From assembly GCA_951406725.2 (NCBI GenBank), contig OX597823.1, positions 33,108,001-33,172,000 on the forward strand: 64,000 nt of DNA, read 5' to 3'. This stretch comes from Octopus vulgaris (taxonomy: Eukaryota). Both the position numbers and the translations under genes were made by a program. Numbering within the stretch: position 1 is the stretch's first letter; every line of letters begins with the position of its first letter. The notes beneath the pieces were generated by a model. That model saw only the letters and a program-made list of their open reading frames with translations. It ran no database searches and was not told where the DNA came from. Below, one piece after another: positions 25,801 through 40,775 of the stretch.

Positions 25801-28800
25801 ACCAAAAATTAGAGTTTCAATACCTGGCTGATAAATTCTGTCCGTTCAAGTAGACTCACAAAGAAGTTCACGGAGGAATATTTGAAATGTCGCAGCTGTT
25901 TGGATGTGTGGTATTCAGTGTTAAAGATTTCAGTATCCGCACATCGCAGTTGTGTCACAATTTCAGGGACTGATTTCTTCTTCCCTGTACCTAAAGAGGA
26001 AAAAAATATAAATTACTGTTAATAAGATGTTTGTTTATAGCCATGAAACATTTTGCGTCAAATTTCGACATTTGTCAAAAATTTTAAATCTATATTAATG
26101 GGTAGGACTAATTTGACAAAAAAATGAGCAGAGTCTGGTAGCAAACCCATGTTGTTGTCCTTTTTGTGTATGTGCGAAGAAAGGTAAAATTTTACGACTT
26201 AGGGCAGATTTCGTCAAATTGATATCACGATGGCTAGCGTGCAAAATGCCTAAATTGTGTTTGAGAAATAAAATGCTCTTATCTATTTAAAACCTGGGGA
26301 ATTAAAACAACGAATGGAAATAATAAGTTTTAGCTAATCAAAACAATTCATATTGAAATGAAGAATTAGCAAATGCTAAATAGATTACCTTTAATAAACT
26401 CTTTGTTTATACTCATGAAACATTTTTTGTCAAATTGATGTCATGATGGTTAGTGCAAAAATTGCTGAAATTTTACGATTTTTGAAAGATCAATGCTGAT
26501 TAAAAATTGCCTTTTTTTAAAATTCCAAGTGCGTAAGTGACCGCATGGACATAAGCCCCACACATGTGTCAAGTTTCATTAAGGTCTGTTGGATAGTCTC
26601 GGAGGAGTTAAAGTAACAAATTCACAAACTTGCCATTTATTATTATTGACATGTCCATTTAGAAAAGGACACATGAAATAGTGTCGCAGCACCAGCTACT
26701 AAGGGCCTCCTGACACATTTGGAATGTCTTTGATATAGGTCTATTCAATCAGGGCTGAGCTTGGGTTAAGCAACAACTGGAGATGAAGACTTATTCAGAT
26801 TTAACAGTTGAGAAAAGATTATAAGAAATATGTGAATGATCAGTGAATAATTCACGGTCATATTTCCCCTTTTCTCTCTTCTTGTTCTTCAAGTTACTTG
26901 GTGATTCCAGTAGTGCTGGTGACACAATAAAAGTACCCAGTACACATTGTGAAGTGGCTGGTGTTAAGAAGGGCATCCAGCTGTAGAAACCATGCCAAAG
27001 CCAACACTGGAACTTGATGTGGCCCTGGTGCTTATCAAATCCTGTCAAACTGTCCAACTCATGCCAATATGGAAAGCAGACGTTAAATGATGCTGCCAAT
27101 GAAGATGGCCAGTAGTGCAGTACATTAACCTCAATACCACAGTGCCTCTATATATCACATGGTGGCACTTATTCCATTTGATAGGACTGCAAGAACTGCC
27201 CATCAGGTGAACTATGAGTAAGTTAATTTAGGATAAATATCAGGAGGTAGGTGGAAAGAAGTAATTATGGCATATCTGAGAGAATATATTTTACAAATAA
27301 GATAATACATGGAGAAATAATAATGCCATTGCAGATCTGTCCAACCCTCAACAACATTAACTTCACCTCCTTGTACCTTCAGGGCCCACCCTTATATTCC
27401 ATCACCATTATTTTATCTCTATTTTCTGTTCCATCCCTGTTACTCCCATCCACTCTTCTATAATGTGAGTAGCCATGTAGCTTTCCTGCAACAAAAAATT
27501 GGTTCTGTTTTGGCCCCATCTTTCATATTTTGACCTCCCATCTCCTAGCATAAAGCTGTCTTCCTCTCTACTTTTGCCTCAGTCAGTTGAATGGGATCTT
27601 AGTCTTGTGAGCTGCAAGGTGAGCTCATGAGTGCTGGTGTCATGGAAAAAGACCCAGTACATTGTGAAGTGGCTGGTGTTAAGAAAGGTGTCCAGCTGTA
27701 GAAGCCATGCCAGAGCAGACAGAGTATGATGTAGTTCTCAAATCCATCAGATCTTGTCAAACAATGCAACCCATGCCAGCATGGAAATGGGTATTAAAAG
27801 GTGATGATGATGAATTGTTAAAATGATTAATCTTGATTGAGAGATCTAATTAGAAATAAACTTACTTTGCTTTATCTCAGTTGGAAGTGTAGATAAATAC
27901 AGCAACCCATCTCGGATAGCATCAAGTTGTTGCTCAGGTGGGAATTGGAAGCTTAAATTCAAGGCAAATTCCAGCTCTGGCGGTGGACCCTCAGGAGATT
28001 GAGAATTATATAATGATGTCTTTTGTTAGAAATGAAAAGAGAAAACAGAAATGAGTCTTCAGTAAAAATGGCAACAGGGAAAATTATTATATAAACAACT
28101 TGCAGTTCTTGATCATTACTACATTAACTCTTTTGCTACCATATTTCTGTTGAGATGCTCTGTGTTTCTTTCAATTACTTTAAATATAACAAAGAATTTA
28201 ATAAAATAACTTAGTTATCATTAAGCTAGTGTTAGGAACATAAATTGTGACTAAGGTTTGGGGGAAGATTTTAATTCAAAACTTATGAAAACAAGACATT
28301 CGTAATACAGAGGCAGAGGTGGTTTCAGCTGGGTTGGTAACAAAAGGGTTAAAATAACATGAAAGTAATGGAGCATGTATGGCCCTGGTCAATCAATCTA
28401 CTGACCCCATCTTCCACAGCTCACATAGAAAATATTGTAACATGATGTTAATTTTAACGAATGGAATTAAGGCAGAATTGTTAGCATGCTGGGCAAACTT
28501 GTTAGTGGCATTTCTTATGTTCTGGGTTCAAATGCTACCAGGGTTGGCTCTGCCTTTCATCCTTTTGGGGTTGATAAAAATGAGTAACAGTTGAGTACTG
28601 GGGTCAATTTAATCAACTGAGCACCTCCCCTGAAATTGCTGGCCTTGTGCCAAAACTGGAAGCTAATATTAATAAATGCAATTAAAGTTGTAATAGATGC
28701 AGTCAGTATTTCTATTAGATACAGTAAACTAGTGTAGACATGAATAAACACTAACTACTACAGTTACTTATACTATTGTAGACACAATAATAACTACAAG

Positions 28801-31800
28801 TTATAATTACTATTGTACTTTCTTTACTCTTTTACTTGTTTCAGTCATTTGACTGTGGCCATGTTGGAGCACTGCCTTTAGTCGAGCAAATTGACCCCAG
28901 GACTTATTCTTTGTAAGCCTAGTACTTATTCTAGCGATCTCTTTTGCCAAACCGCTAAGTTACGGGGACGTAAACATACCACCATCAGTTGTCAAGTGAT
29001 GTTGGTGGGACAAATACAAACACACAAACATATACAACGGGCTTCTTTCAGTTTCCATCTACCAATACCACACACAAGGCTTTGTTCAGCCCGAGGCTAT
29101 AGTAGAAGACACTTGCCCAAGGTGCCACACAGTGAGACTGAACCCAGGACCATGTGGTCCGTAAGCAAGCTAATTACCACACAGCCACTCCTATGCCTAT
29201 TGTAAATACTAATAATTTCTAATCACCAATACTAATTATTATAGCCAATAATTACCAGTCACAATTGTAACAACAATCAATAATAACCATTACAGTTACC
29301 GATACTAACTGCAATAACCACTAGCACCAACAACGACAACCACTAATCCTTTTCTATTCTAGTCATAGCCTCAAAATTTTGGGGGAGGGGGCCAGTCAAT
29401 TAGATTGACCCCAGTGTGCAACTTGTACTTAATTTATTGATCCTGAAAGGATGAAAGGCAAAGTCAACTTTGGTGGAATTTGAACTCAGAACGTAAAGAC
29501 AGACAAAATACCACTAAGCATTTTGCCTGGTGTGCTAACGTTTCTGCCAGCTCACCACCATTACAACCACCAATACTAAGCTACTATGGGCACTAATATC
29601 ATACTAAATGATACTATTATGACCACATTACTATTATAGCCATTAATATGAACTGCTACAGCCACCAATATGTATAAGGGATAAGGGCAGCGAGCTGGCA
29701 GAATCGTTAGCATGCCAGGCGAAATCTTTAGCGGGATTTCGTTAGCCGGTATGTTCCTAGTTCAAATTCTGCCGATGTCAACTTTCTTTCATCCTTTTGG
29801 GGGTTGATTAAATAAGTATGGTCAAGAAGTATGCTTTGCAACCACATGGTTTCCAGATCAACCACAGCATGGCACCTTGGGCGAGTGTCTTCTATATAGT
29901 CCTGGGTCAATCAATGCCTTGTTGATAGATTTGGAAGATGGAAACTATGGAAGCCTGACAGATACAAGTGAGTGTGTGTGTGTGTGTATCTCCCATACGA
30001 CTTGACAACCAGTGTTGGTGTGTTTACATCCCTGTAACTTAACAGTTTGGAAAAAGATAGAATAACTGCCAAATTTGAAAGGAAAATGTACTGGGGTTGA
30101 TTTGTTCAGTTAGAACCCTTCAAGGCAATAAATACCCTAGCATAGCTGCAATCCAATGACGGAAGCAAGTAAAATTCCAAACATCAGCTAAATGATGGGT
30201 TATTTTATTAAATTTTTCATTGTTTTCAAAATGAATTAAAACAAAAGAGGACATTTCAACAGAAATGTAACAAAAGAGGGTGAAATAATCATTGATAAAA
30301 AGCTTGTATTTATAGACAATCACAGAAACGAACTAAATAAAATCAATCAGAGTTAATTTTGTGGTGATGGGATATGTTTAAAAGGTGCTTAATGGAAGGG
30401 GTGTGCAATATGAAATAACACATAAACAGCCAGCCTTACCTGTGAATTATCATCTGTCTGTTCCTTAGGAACACTATGGACAACAACATGTTCAACAAAA
30501 AGCAGCAGAAGGCAGGATAGGTGTCTACCCTGACTGATGATTCTGGAAAGTTCTTTAAATAGCATGATACGTCGATGTGCTGGAATATGAGGGAAGGCAT
30601 CGACAAAAACTTTCAGAACCATTGGTATAACATCATCAACAGTTCCAACATCGGCATTTTGGTATTTGGCACGTTCTTCACAGGCCTAAACAGTTACAAA
30701 AATACAACAGAAAATAATGATTTATTAAAATAATAATTAGAAAACCATAACATTTATGGGGAGAAACAATGGATATATCAATCCAGAACTTGATGGGTGG
30801 ATACAATCATCATCATCATCATTTAACGTCCGTTTTCCATGCTGGCATGGGTTGGACAGTTTGATTGAGGTCTGGAGAGCCAGTGGCTGTACCATGCCCC
30901 AATCTGATCTAGCAATGTTTCTACAGCTGGATGCCCTTCCTAATGCCAACCACTCTGAGAGTGTAGTGGGTGCTTTTTACATGTCACTGACACAGGAGCC
31001 AGTCAAGCAGACTGGCATCGATCACATTTGGATAGTGCTTTTTATGTGCCACTGGCACAGGAGCCAGTCATGGGGCACTGGCATCAACCACACACACACA
31101 CACAAAAAAAAAAACAGATCAATGAGTGTGGGCTAAGAATGTAAAGTAACCTAACTAAATATTGCATGACATTCTGACTGTTTCTCTACTGATTCTAAGC
31201 ACAAGGCTACAAAATGTGGACACAATTTTTGCAGGAATGCATGTGAAACAAGGGATTATATGTTTGTGGCAGCTGCAATAAAATAATTTTGTTTCTTTCT
31301 TGTAGCTATTCTGACAGGTCAGAATATCTGTGAAATAAGAAAACCCTTAGAGAAAAATTTGTTTACCAACATAACATGGCAGTCCTGGTTTAGGACGAAT
31401 GTTGCTGTAATTTAGCCCCAGGAGACATCGTCTCCTGGGGCTAAATTACAGCAACATTCGTCCTAAACCAGGACTGCTTAGTTATGTTGGGAAATAATCT
31501 TTACTACAAATTACTGTTACTGAATATCTCTCGTTATGAGATTTACAAATAGTAATTTTTTAAGAAAACCCTTATTTGAAAAATAGGTAAGGGTTGGCAA
31601 CAAGAAGAATATCTAGCAATAAGAACTTATCCTCAAGTATATCCCCTTCCAACCCAGGATACTGTGGAAAAAGGGATGTTAAATAAACAAATACATAATT
31701 TATTAGTTTAATGCAGGTTTTTATTTCCTACTGGCCCCTCCAACAGTTCAACAAGAAGCAAGTTTTTCACAGTCCCATTTATGGTCACCAACCTTTCCAT

Positions 31801-34321
31801 TATGATATTTCTGTGCCTCTGACTTCAATATTATGCAACAATATGCAATAATACATACCCCCATCCACACAACACTAAAGATACTTAACAACAACCACAA
31901 CAACAACATAATAATAATTATTGTCAAAGTTCAGACTTACCGCTAACAAAGCTGGAATGACCGTTTCCAATGTCCGATATATCATACTGAAGCTGTATGT
32001 GTCATCTTGTCTCACCATTGTGCCACCAACAAATGTGAACACTGCCATTACATTGTGCAACAACATCTCCTGCAAACAATAATAACAAGACTCAATAATT
32101 GTGTCCCAATATGTATAAATATACACACACACACATACATAACATTTAACCAAATATCTCAGATCTTAAGAGCATATTTTAGTACTAGAAGTAGCTGTCT
32201 CTGGAAGAATCAAAAAGCCATCCCTATTCAGTTGCTGCCCTCACAGACTATCTGAAAAGTAGCTTGCAGAGTTGAAAACTTCTCCATTCATTATGCATGC
32301 ACACACACACACACACACATGCACACAGATAATGCCTTACCGGGTCTATTTTAGCAGCAACAGTAAGCAGTAACAGTGCATGGTGATGGGTCTGCGGACT
32401 GCTGGACGTGCGAATACATTTAACTATAAGTTCCATGTCAAACTTTTGGGTTTGAAGAATTGCTGAAAAATAAAAGAAAACCATTAACATGAGCTACACA
32501 GAAAAGCACCATGGAGATTAACTGTGGAAAATGTAAGTTGTAGTTCTGGGTGAGAAAATCATGTGGTGAGGAACTGTGAAGGAGTAAACAATGTACAACT
32601 ATACAGGGAAACTGGTGAATAAAATAAAACGAGCTGAAGATATATATATATATATATATGTATATGTATGTTGAAGGAATCTGGGGTAGAGGTAGACCCA
32701 GGAAGACATGGGATGAGGTAGTGAAGCATGACCTTCATATGTTGGGCCTCACAGAGGCAATGATGAAGGACCAAGACTCTGGAGATACATTGTGACTGTG
32801 AAAACCAGGCAAATAAAGTGAGTTCAGAGCTGTATCTTACCCCAGTTCCGCATAACCAGCCTCAGCCCATTCAAAGTACCTTGGATCATAGGGCGACCTG
32901 CTGTGCTTGCGGAGACCTACTGAGTCAAGTACATCAACATCAAAATGAAAATCAAATGGAAATTGTAGTTGTGATCCCTGTGCCAGTGACATGCAAAAAG
33001 CACCAACCGATTGTGGCTATTGCCAGCCTCCTAGCCCTTGTGCTGGTGGTATGTAAAAAGCAGCCACTACACTCATGGAGTGGTTGACATTAGGAAGGGC
33101 ATGAAGCTCTAGAAACTTTGCCAGATCAGATTGGAGCCTGGTGCAGCCTCCTGGCTTTCCAGACCTCAGTCAAACCGTCCAACCCATGCTAGCATGGAAA
33201 ACGGACGTTAAATGATGATGATGATGATGCATATATGAGTACAGGATGTCACCAACTGTAAACAACATGAAGTACGAAAACAAGCAAGTTAAATACGCAA
33301 ACAACAAGAGAGAACCAAAACAATGAAAACAGGACAAGTAACACAAAAACAACCCTTCATCAGTTGTTGGCTGTCTGAGGAGTAGATATTGTCTCAAATA
33401 TTCGTCCAACCCATACATATATGGGAAAACAGACATAAAATGGATGATCAAACAAACACGATCACTCCCCAGGTAACATTACTGTATTTTCCCTTATGGA
33501 TTTCATCTTTACTAGGTTTATTTTTAGGGTTCTTGATGCTAGACTCTTCTTCCATGTTTGTAACTTTTTATCACTTTTTAACTGATTTGACTATGAGAAC
33601 TAGGTCATTGGTACATAGGAATTCTCAGGGACAGCCAATCGTGAACTTCTGTTATGGCCTTGAGTTCTTTAATAAACAAAGCCCTGAAAACCAAGCCTTC
33701 ATGGGCACCTACGTGCATGCTAAATTTGTTACTGAAATCACTGCCAACTTCATTTGGTTGACAGCACACATGAGAGTTGAGGATAATATGAATGAACAAG
33801 TGAAATGACATCTGATAAAGCCTGATTATTAGAATGGGATAATTGATTATTGTAGGTCAATAACCAGTGAAGTTAATTAGATGTGAAAATGTAGGTGATA
33901 AAATAGAAAATGATGAATCAGTAAAAATAGTGTCTTACCAAGCAGGTCTGGATTATTGATCATATGATTTGAGATGTTGCAGATACAGGACAGCAGTAAC
34001 TGCTTCAGATATTCAGCAGAGTTATTCTCTTCCAATTCCAGAACTCTATACCAAAGCGAGAGATAAGGAGCAAGTTACATACAGATGTATGTATGTGTAT
34101 GTTTAGATCAAATATTGTACACTAATATGCATAATATATATGTAAAATTGTTTTCTGATTAACACAACACAATATTCGTGAGAAGTTTTTAAATGAGTTA
34201 AATTTGATTTAAGGTAAATATGTATCACACTTGGTAGCGTTTACCTTAATTAAACAGCTGTTGAGCATAATTCAGGTATGAACTATATGCGAAATTTATG
34301 TCTCTTTCTCTCCTTCCACAC

Positions 34322-34365
<44 letters not shown>

Positions 34366-37300
34366 CACACACACATATATAAATTTTAAAAAAAAATATT
34401 TTATCTAGTTTCAGCTCACGAGCTGTGGCCATGCTGGGGCAACGATATATATATATATATATACACATTATATAAATATATACACACATTATATATATAT
34501 ATATAAATAAATCATTGTTTTAACAAAAAGTTTTCTATGCTTGCAGAGGCCAGGTGTAATTCATTGAGACTGAATTTCTATGGATAGATGCCCTGCTTGT
34601 TAACAACCTTCAACTATTTTCAAGCAATGTAATATTTTCTCATGGCTTGACATGTTTTCACAGAAGATTGAAAATAAAGAGCATAAATTGTAAGACAGAG
34701 AGATAACAAGATTACAACCTGGGAGGAGGGTCTGCTGTTCATTTTTTTGTCTTATATTAGTGCTTATGTTGTTGTTGTCATCATCTTCATTTTAACGTCC
34801 AGTTTTCCCGAAGGGTGAAAGGAAGTTAAACCCAAGACATAAATAGAACAGTTCTCACCTGGATAACAGTTTAAAACAAATGGGTAAAAGTATCTGCGGT
34901 TCCCGTAGTTTCTTCTTGTTCTGAAGGATCTCAAGAACCACAATAACACGCTGCCATGACAGACTATCAAGTTGGTTAGCTTCAGTTTCACCAGTCAACC
35001 TTAACAACAAGAAAATATTATAGACATCACACAGTGAAGAAACAGCCATAAAACTAAACAGAACATGAGCTGCCAGAAGAAGGATGGCAGTATGTTATTA
35101 AGGTAACAGAATTATTGTTGCTATATCTACCCTGATCCCTTAAGACGACTGACCCCTCTCAATTGCAATCTTCTACACATCTATGCTTAAAGAAAAACAA
35201 AACCTTTATTTCTTCCACCAAGTTAATGGCTTGAAGGAATACCAACAAACGTTATTGCCAACAATATAGCAGAGGTCAATTTAAAGACCCAGTTTTAGCA
35301 GAAGGAGGAAGGAAAGGAAGAAAGGACTGATAATTAGTGACCAAGGTCAGATTCTCATAACAAGAACCTAACACCATCACATCATCAAAGGATGGAACAG
35401 ACTCACATTGCAGGATTGGTGTCTGGGGGTTTGTAATTCAAATCCTGCTGTGGTCAACTTTTGCCTTCATTCTTTTGAGGTTGATAAAATAAGAATCTAG
35501 GTGAGTGACAAAATTTTTGGTAGGTGGGACAAGATACCTTGTGCTATTTGTTCTAGTTCTTTGCCTTCAGAGTTCTCGAGTAATAGACTTAATCTGCTGG
35601 CAAGTTTAACATCAATACCTCCTGACCCTTGAGTGCCTGTAGCAGAGTTCAGTCTGCTGTAAGCATTCAGACTATGCTCCTGGTTTCAAGGTCACCTTCT
35701 ACCATCAGTCTTAGAGGCCAAGATAAAAAAAATAAAAGGGTCATATGTGTGACCCTACACTCTTTGACTAAAAAGTAAAAAAAAACAAAACAAAAAAAAA
35801 CCCTAGTTGTGTGTAAGGTAAGATTCTTACCTCTGTCCAATCGAAATGTATATTTGAACATTCCAACATTCCAAGCCTCATAATCAAAATAATGATGGCT
35901 GTAGTCTTTTGACTTCAGTTATTTCAGAGAACATGAACACATATTTTTCCATAGGAATTCTATTTTCACCCAATACCAACCAACCTACCTACCTAAGGCC
36001 ACTCCTGGATCCAAGCTACAAATTCACTGTTGTAATATGACCTAACTTAAAACCAAAACTTCCCAAAATTTCATGTTTGTTTATATTCCGAACAGGAAAA
36101 GAGATCTGGTCAATCAGGTTTGACCTGAAGTTAATAACAGCATATGCTATCATGCACACATCACTTTATATATATATATATACACATATTGTATTTGCTT
36201 GTGCATTAATGCACTCATAATTCAGTGTTAAATCTTTTCCCTTCAAAGTTTAAGTCCATGTATAAGTGGCAAGCCCAGGTAAAATCAACTATAAAATAGT
36301 GCAACTTGTACAAATACATATAGAACACCCACACACACACACACAAAAAACTCATGCACAGAAATATACTTACATTTGAAACCGTTTGTTTTCAAATACT
36401 GTATTGCGGACAGGGTGAGATTGAAATATGTCAAGTTCGTTCAATAGATAGGAGGACTTTATTGAAAACTGATCAAAATAAAACAGAAACAATATTACCA
36501 CAACAATAACATGTATTACTATTAATTAAAAAAAAAAAAAAAAATTAGTGACATTAGTGAGATTATATGATGATGGCTGTTGGTCAGGTGGACAAACCTG
36601 TGTTGATTCTCAAAGAGGTTTTAGTCTAAATGGCACAATGTTTACTAGGCTCAGTCAAAAGATTTTATGGATTTTTCACTTGCATTTCAATATTATCTCG
36701 TTAGTTTGATACAACCTGATATCCAATCATTGCTGAATTGTTTATTCTTTATTTTACAGCTTTGATAATGAGTGGTGAAAAAAATTGCAATTACAGCCAT
36801 TTTATGCTATGGGGTGGGGGGTAGAGAGAGAGGACTGAATGCAAGGACAGCAGCACAAGAAAGTAATGATGGGGAAGGCCCAAGAACTGTCAACAAACAT
36901 GTGGCACAAATCTAGTTCAGATGTTTTAAGGTGACACCAGTCTGGAAGACAAATCAAGGTCAGGAAGATCTTCTGTTGTGGAAGCTGAGGCTTTGCTTGA
37001 AATGGTTGAACAACAGCTAGGCACAAGCACTCATATATTGTTGGCAGAACTTGGTTCTTCACAAACCACAATCGATTGACAACTCCATAAGCTCAACCTT
37101 GTGAACAGATGTTGTTGAGAAGCTCTTAATGAATTGACCAATGACCAAGCTGAATGATGTGTGAACCTTTGCTAATGGTTGCAAGCAAATCCTTGAGATG
37201 CCCATTTTTGGTGTTGAATTGGGGATGAAAAATGGCCAGGTTTCAGAAACTGCTGACAAACAAGGGTTGTTTAGACAGACGGTCATGTTATGAATGCTAA

Positions 37301-38650
37301 CCTTTATGCTCAACAACTGCAATGAGTATATGACACTTCGAAAGCCCACAACCCAACATTGGCCAATTGAAGACATGCACATCTACAGCATGGCAGTGCC
37401 TCAGCATACACTGCTAATGTGACCAAGTGCAAACTTGAGAGGCTAGAAGTGTTGCTTCACCCTGCGTACAGTTCAAACCAAGCATGAAATATGGAAAAAA
37501 AACTTTTGATTTAACTTGAGGTTCATCCTAACACATCTTCTACACAATCCTCTTTCTTTTCCAACTGAGGCAGCCATGTACCTCCTCTTCAGCAAGGTAC
37601 CAGTTTTCGTCCCTCTATCATACTGTTACCTCTCATCACGACACAATCCACTGCCCTTCATTTGAGTTACTTGTTAGGAATTACTTGGTAATCTTACTGG
37701 TGTTAGTGCTACAGAAAATAGCATCCAAAATACTCTGTAAAGTGGTTGGCATTAAAAAAGGAATCCAACCATAAAAACCAGGTCAGAGCAGACATTGGAG
37801 CCTGGCACAGTACTCTGGCTTGTTGCAAGCTCCTGGTGGATTGCTCAACCCATGCCCGCATGGATAACAGACGTTAAATAAAGACAGCACAGTCTGCTCA
37901 GTTGGAAATGGATACCCCCCCCTCTCTCTTATCCAAGTTGCAGTCAAATCCTGATATGAATTATTGCCATCTTTAAGGATGATGCTAAACTCCAATTTTG
38001 ATAGTAATAAGTGAATTAATGATCAGTCTTTTCCTGGATAGATTGCCAAACCCTGGTGGACAATTATTATCACCCTTAAACACCTGGTACCTATTCTCCA
38101 ACCAAGGTAAAAGTGAAGTATGTAAAAATATCTGGTCCAGTGGTAGGATATGAACTCATAGCCCTTCAGTTCATAGTCTGATATTTTACCCAGTTATCTA
38201 CTCTAGCGAGACAAGAATACCCCTGTACTGTAACTGGACATCCAGGTACCTAAATGACTTTATATAGCTGTTCATAATACATGTATAAATATATTTTGTT
38301 CTGTGTATATATGTTTGAAAGGTTCTGAAAAGATATGTGTATTATAAAACATCCTGGTTATATTTTGATGGAATCAATATTTAATAAGTACATGCACTGA
38401 CTAAACTCACTGCTATATATATATATGCACATATACATATATGTGCATATATATATATATACATATATGCATATATACATATATATATATACATATATAT
38501 GCATATATACATATATATACATATATGCATATATATATATATACATATATGCATATATATATATACATATATGCATATATATATATACATATATGCATAT
38601 ATATATATATATATAAATACATATATGCACACACATATATGCATATACGC

Positions 38651-38701
<51 letters not shown>

Positions 38702-40739
38702 TATATATATATATATATGCATATATAGTTATCCGTAATAATGAAGGGTGAAATTAATTAATTTGGAATAATTATCAATTACACCAAGTAGTCTTCGGCA
38801 TGTAAAAGCCTCATTCGAGGAAAATTTAAGTAATACTAAGCAATAAAGGGTTTAGCAACGAATTGCCTTACCACAGACCGAATTTAGAAATAGCAGTCAA
38901 AGAGTTATAGCTATTTCTTCTACTAAAAAGGGAGATATGTACATATATATATAAGTGACCTGGTGGAGGAGGGTTGCAGATAGCTAGTTCAGAAGAACAG
39001 AGGCTGTTGTAGTAGTGTTAGAAGAAACAGGGAGAAGATACAGCGAGTGTGTGAGACAGTGGTTGTAGTTTGTTGGTAAATCCTTGTAAAGTCTGTTGTA
39101 GTAGTGGTAGAAGAGACAGTGAGAAGATACAGCATGTCTGTGAGCAAGTGGTTGTAGAGTATTGGTGAGTGAGGGTTTCCATTACATGAAAGGATGAGTT
39201 CTGTATGAGTTTAGTATGTGCAGCACGGATATGAACAATCCTCTACACATGCACACACCACGACTGTTCATTAGTTATGATACAACATCCTACACAACAC
39301 ATCACATAAGGTGGGTGGGCCCCACTACAACACTACACAGCTTACAGGACGTGTTCCAGTACAAAGTGCAAAATAAATAAATGAGGGAAAATAACTTACA
39401 TGTTTCAGAAGCTTACGAATCAATTCGGGTGTCCCAACAAAATCAGATTCAACAAGTGCTGTGAACAGGTGAGACATTAATTGTTGTTGACTGTCATCAT
39501 TTGGTAAACTCAGGTAAAACTCTTTGTTAATCTGTAGTAAAGAGTGTAATATATGGTTTGTTCATCACTAATTCATTAGTCATGTTCTTTTATATCTTAA
39601 TTATGTAAAATATAATGTGTCTTGAATGGCACAACAACGCAGAGTGGACTATAATAACTGTTATAACTTTATTATCTGATATAATATTTCGGAATATAGA
39701 AATTCCTTCTTCAGATATCGCTAGGAATTGATCAAGTCACTATGATAATTGGCTTTCCAACGGTTACTGAAATTTTTTTTCCTCCCAGAAGCGTCTCTGA
39801 GGTGGTCTCATGAAGCTCCTTTCGGAATTCCTCATGAGAAGTGCATGAGAGTGGCCATGTCGCAAGCTCATGTGTGTTAGCACATCTGCAGTGTTGCTTT
39901 TAAGTTATGTATTATACATGCTGTAGAGCGGAATCATTACCATCCTCATTTAACATTTGTTTTCCATGCTGGCATGGGTTGAATGGTTTGACAGGAGCTG
40001 GCAAGCTAGAAGTCTACACCATGGTCTACTGTCTGCTTTGGCAAGGTTTCTAGGGCTGGAGGCCCTTCTTAAAGCCAACCGATTTACAGAGAATGAAATT
40101 ATGATTTGTTCATGAAATTTTTGCTCCTTCTCTTTCCTAGAAATGTTGCTCTGAACAACTGTTTGGGCCAATCTTAATATATTTACAACCTTATTCCAGT
40201 TATGAATATTGCATTGTAATAATATAATGGAGTTTAAACAATATGTTAATAACTGATATTTTATTTAAACACCGATTCAATATATTAAATAAACACAGCA
40301 AAGCCACTCACTAGACTTTGGTAGCCTGGGGCTTTAGCAGAAGATACTTGCCCAATGTAACATACAGAGGGACTGAACTTCAATGTATGTAGTTAGGAAG
40401 CAGAGCTTTTTAATCACACAGCCATGCCTGAGCCTATACTTAATATATGTATATATATATATATATTGTTTTACTTGTTTCAGTCATTTGACTGCAGCCA
40501 TGCTGGAGCACCACCTTTAGTCGAACAAATTGACCCTAGGACTTATTCTTTGTAAGCCTAGTACTTATTCTATCAGCCACTTTTTGTCAAACCACTAAGT
40601 TACGGGTATGTAAACACACCAACATCGGTTGTCAAGTGATGGTGGTGGGGACAAACACAGACACAAATACATGCATACATATGTATATATATATACGACA
40701 GGCTTCTTTCAGTTTCCATCTACTCACAAGTATACCTAT

Positions 40740-40775
<36 letters not shown>

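Noticed and set aside
30756-31136. Recurrent ORFs with [12 protein letters not shown] motif (also 41887, 47297, 48406)
   Set aside because: Translations of the non-coding (GAT)n-tailed retroposon, not a protein family.
35831-35898. Exon-like segment with AG and a strong GTAAGA donor
   Set aside because: 68 nt would shift the frame, the pyrimidine tract is poor, and the flanking exons already join in phase.
38358-38738. Stacked YI/HICI-repeat ORFs
   Set aside because: Translations of an (AT)n compound microsatellite.
38785-38820. Hammerhead-like CGAATGA-GGC..GCC-GAAG on the minus strand (similar weak case near 55750-55783)
   Set aside because: Several core mismatches and no convincing stem I.
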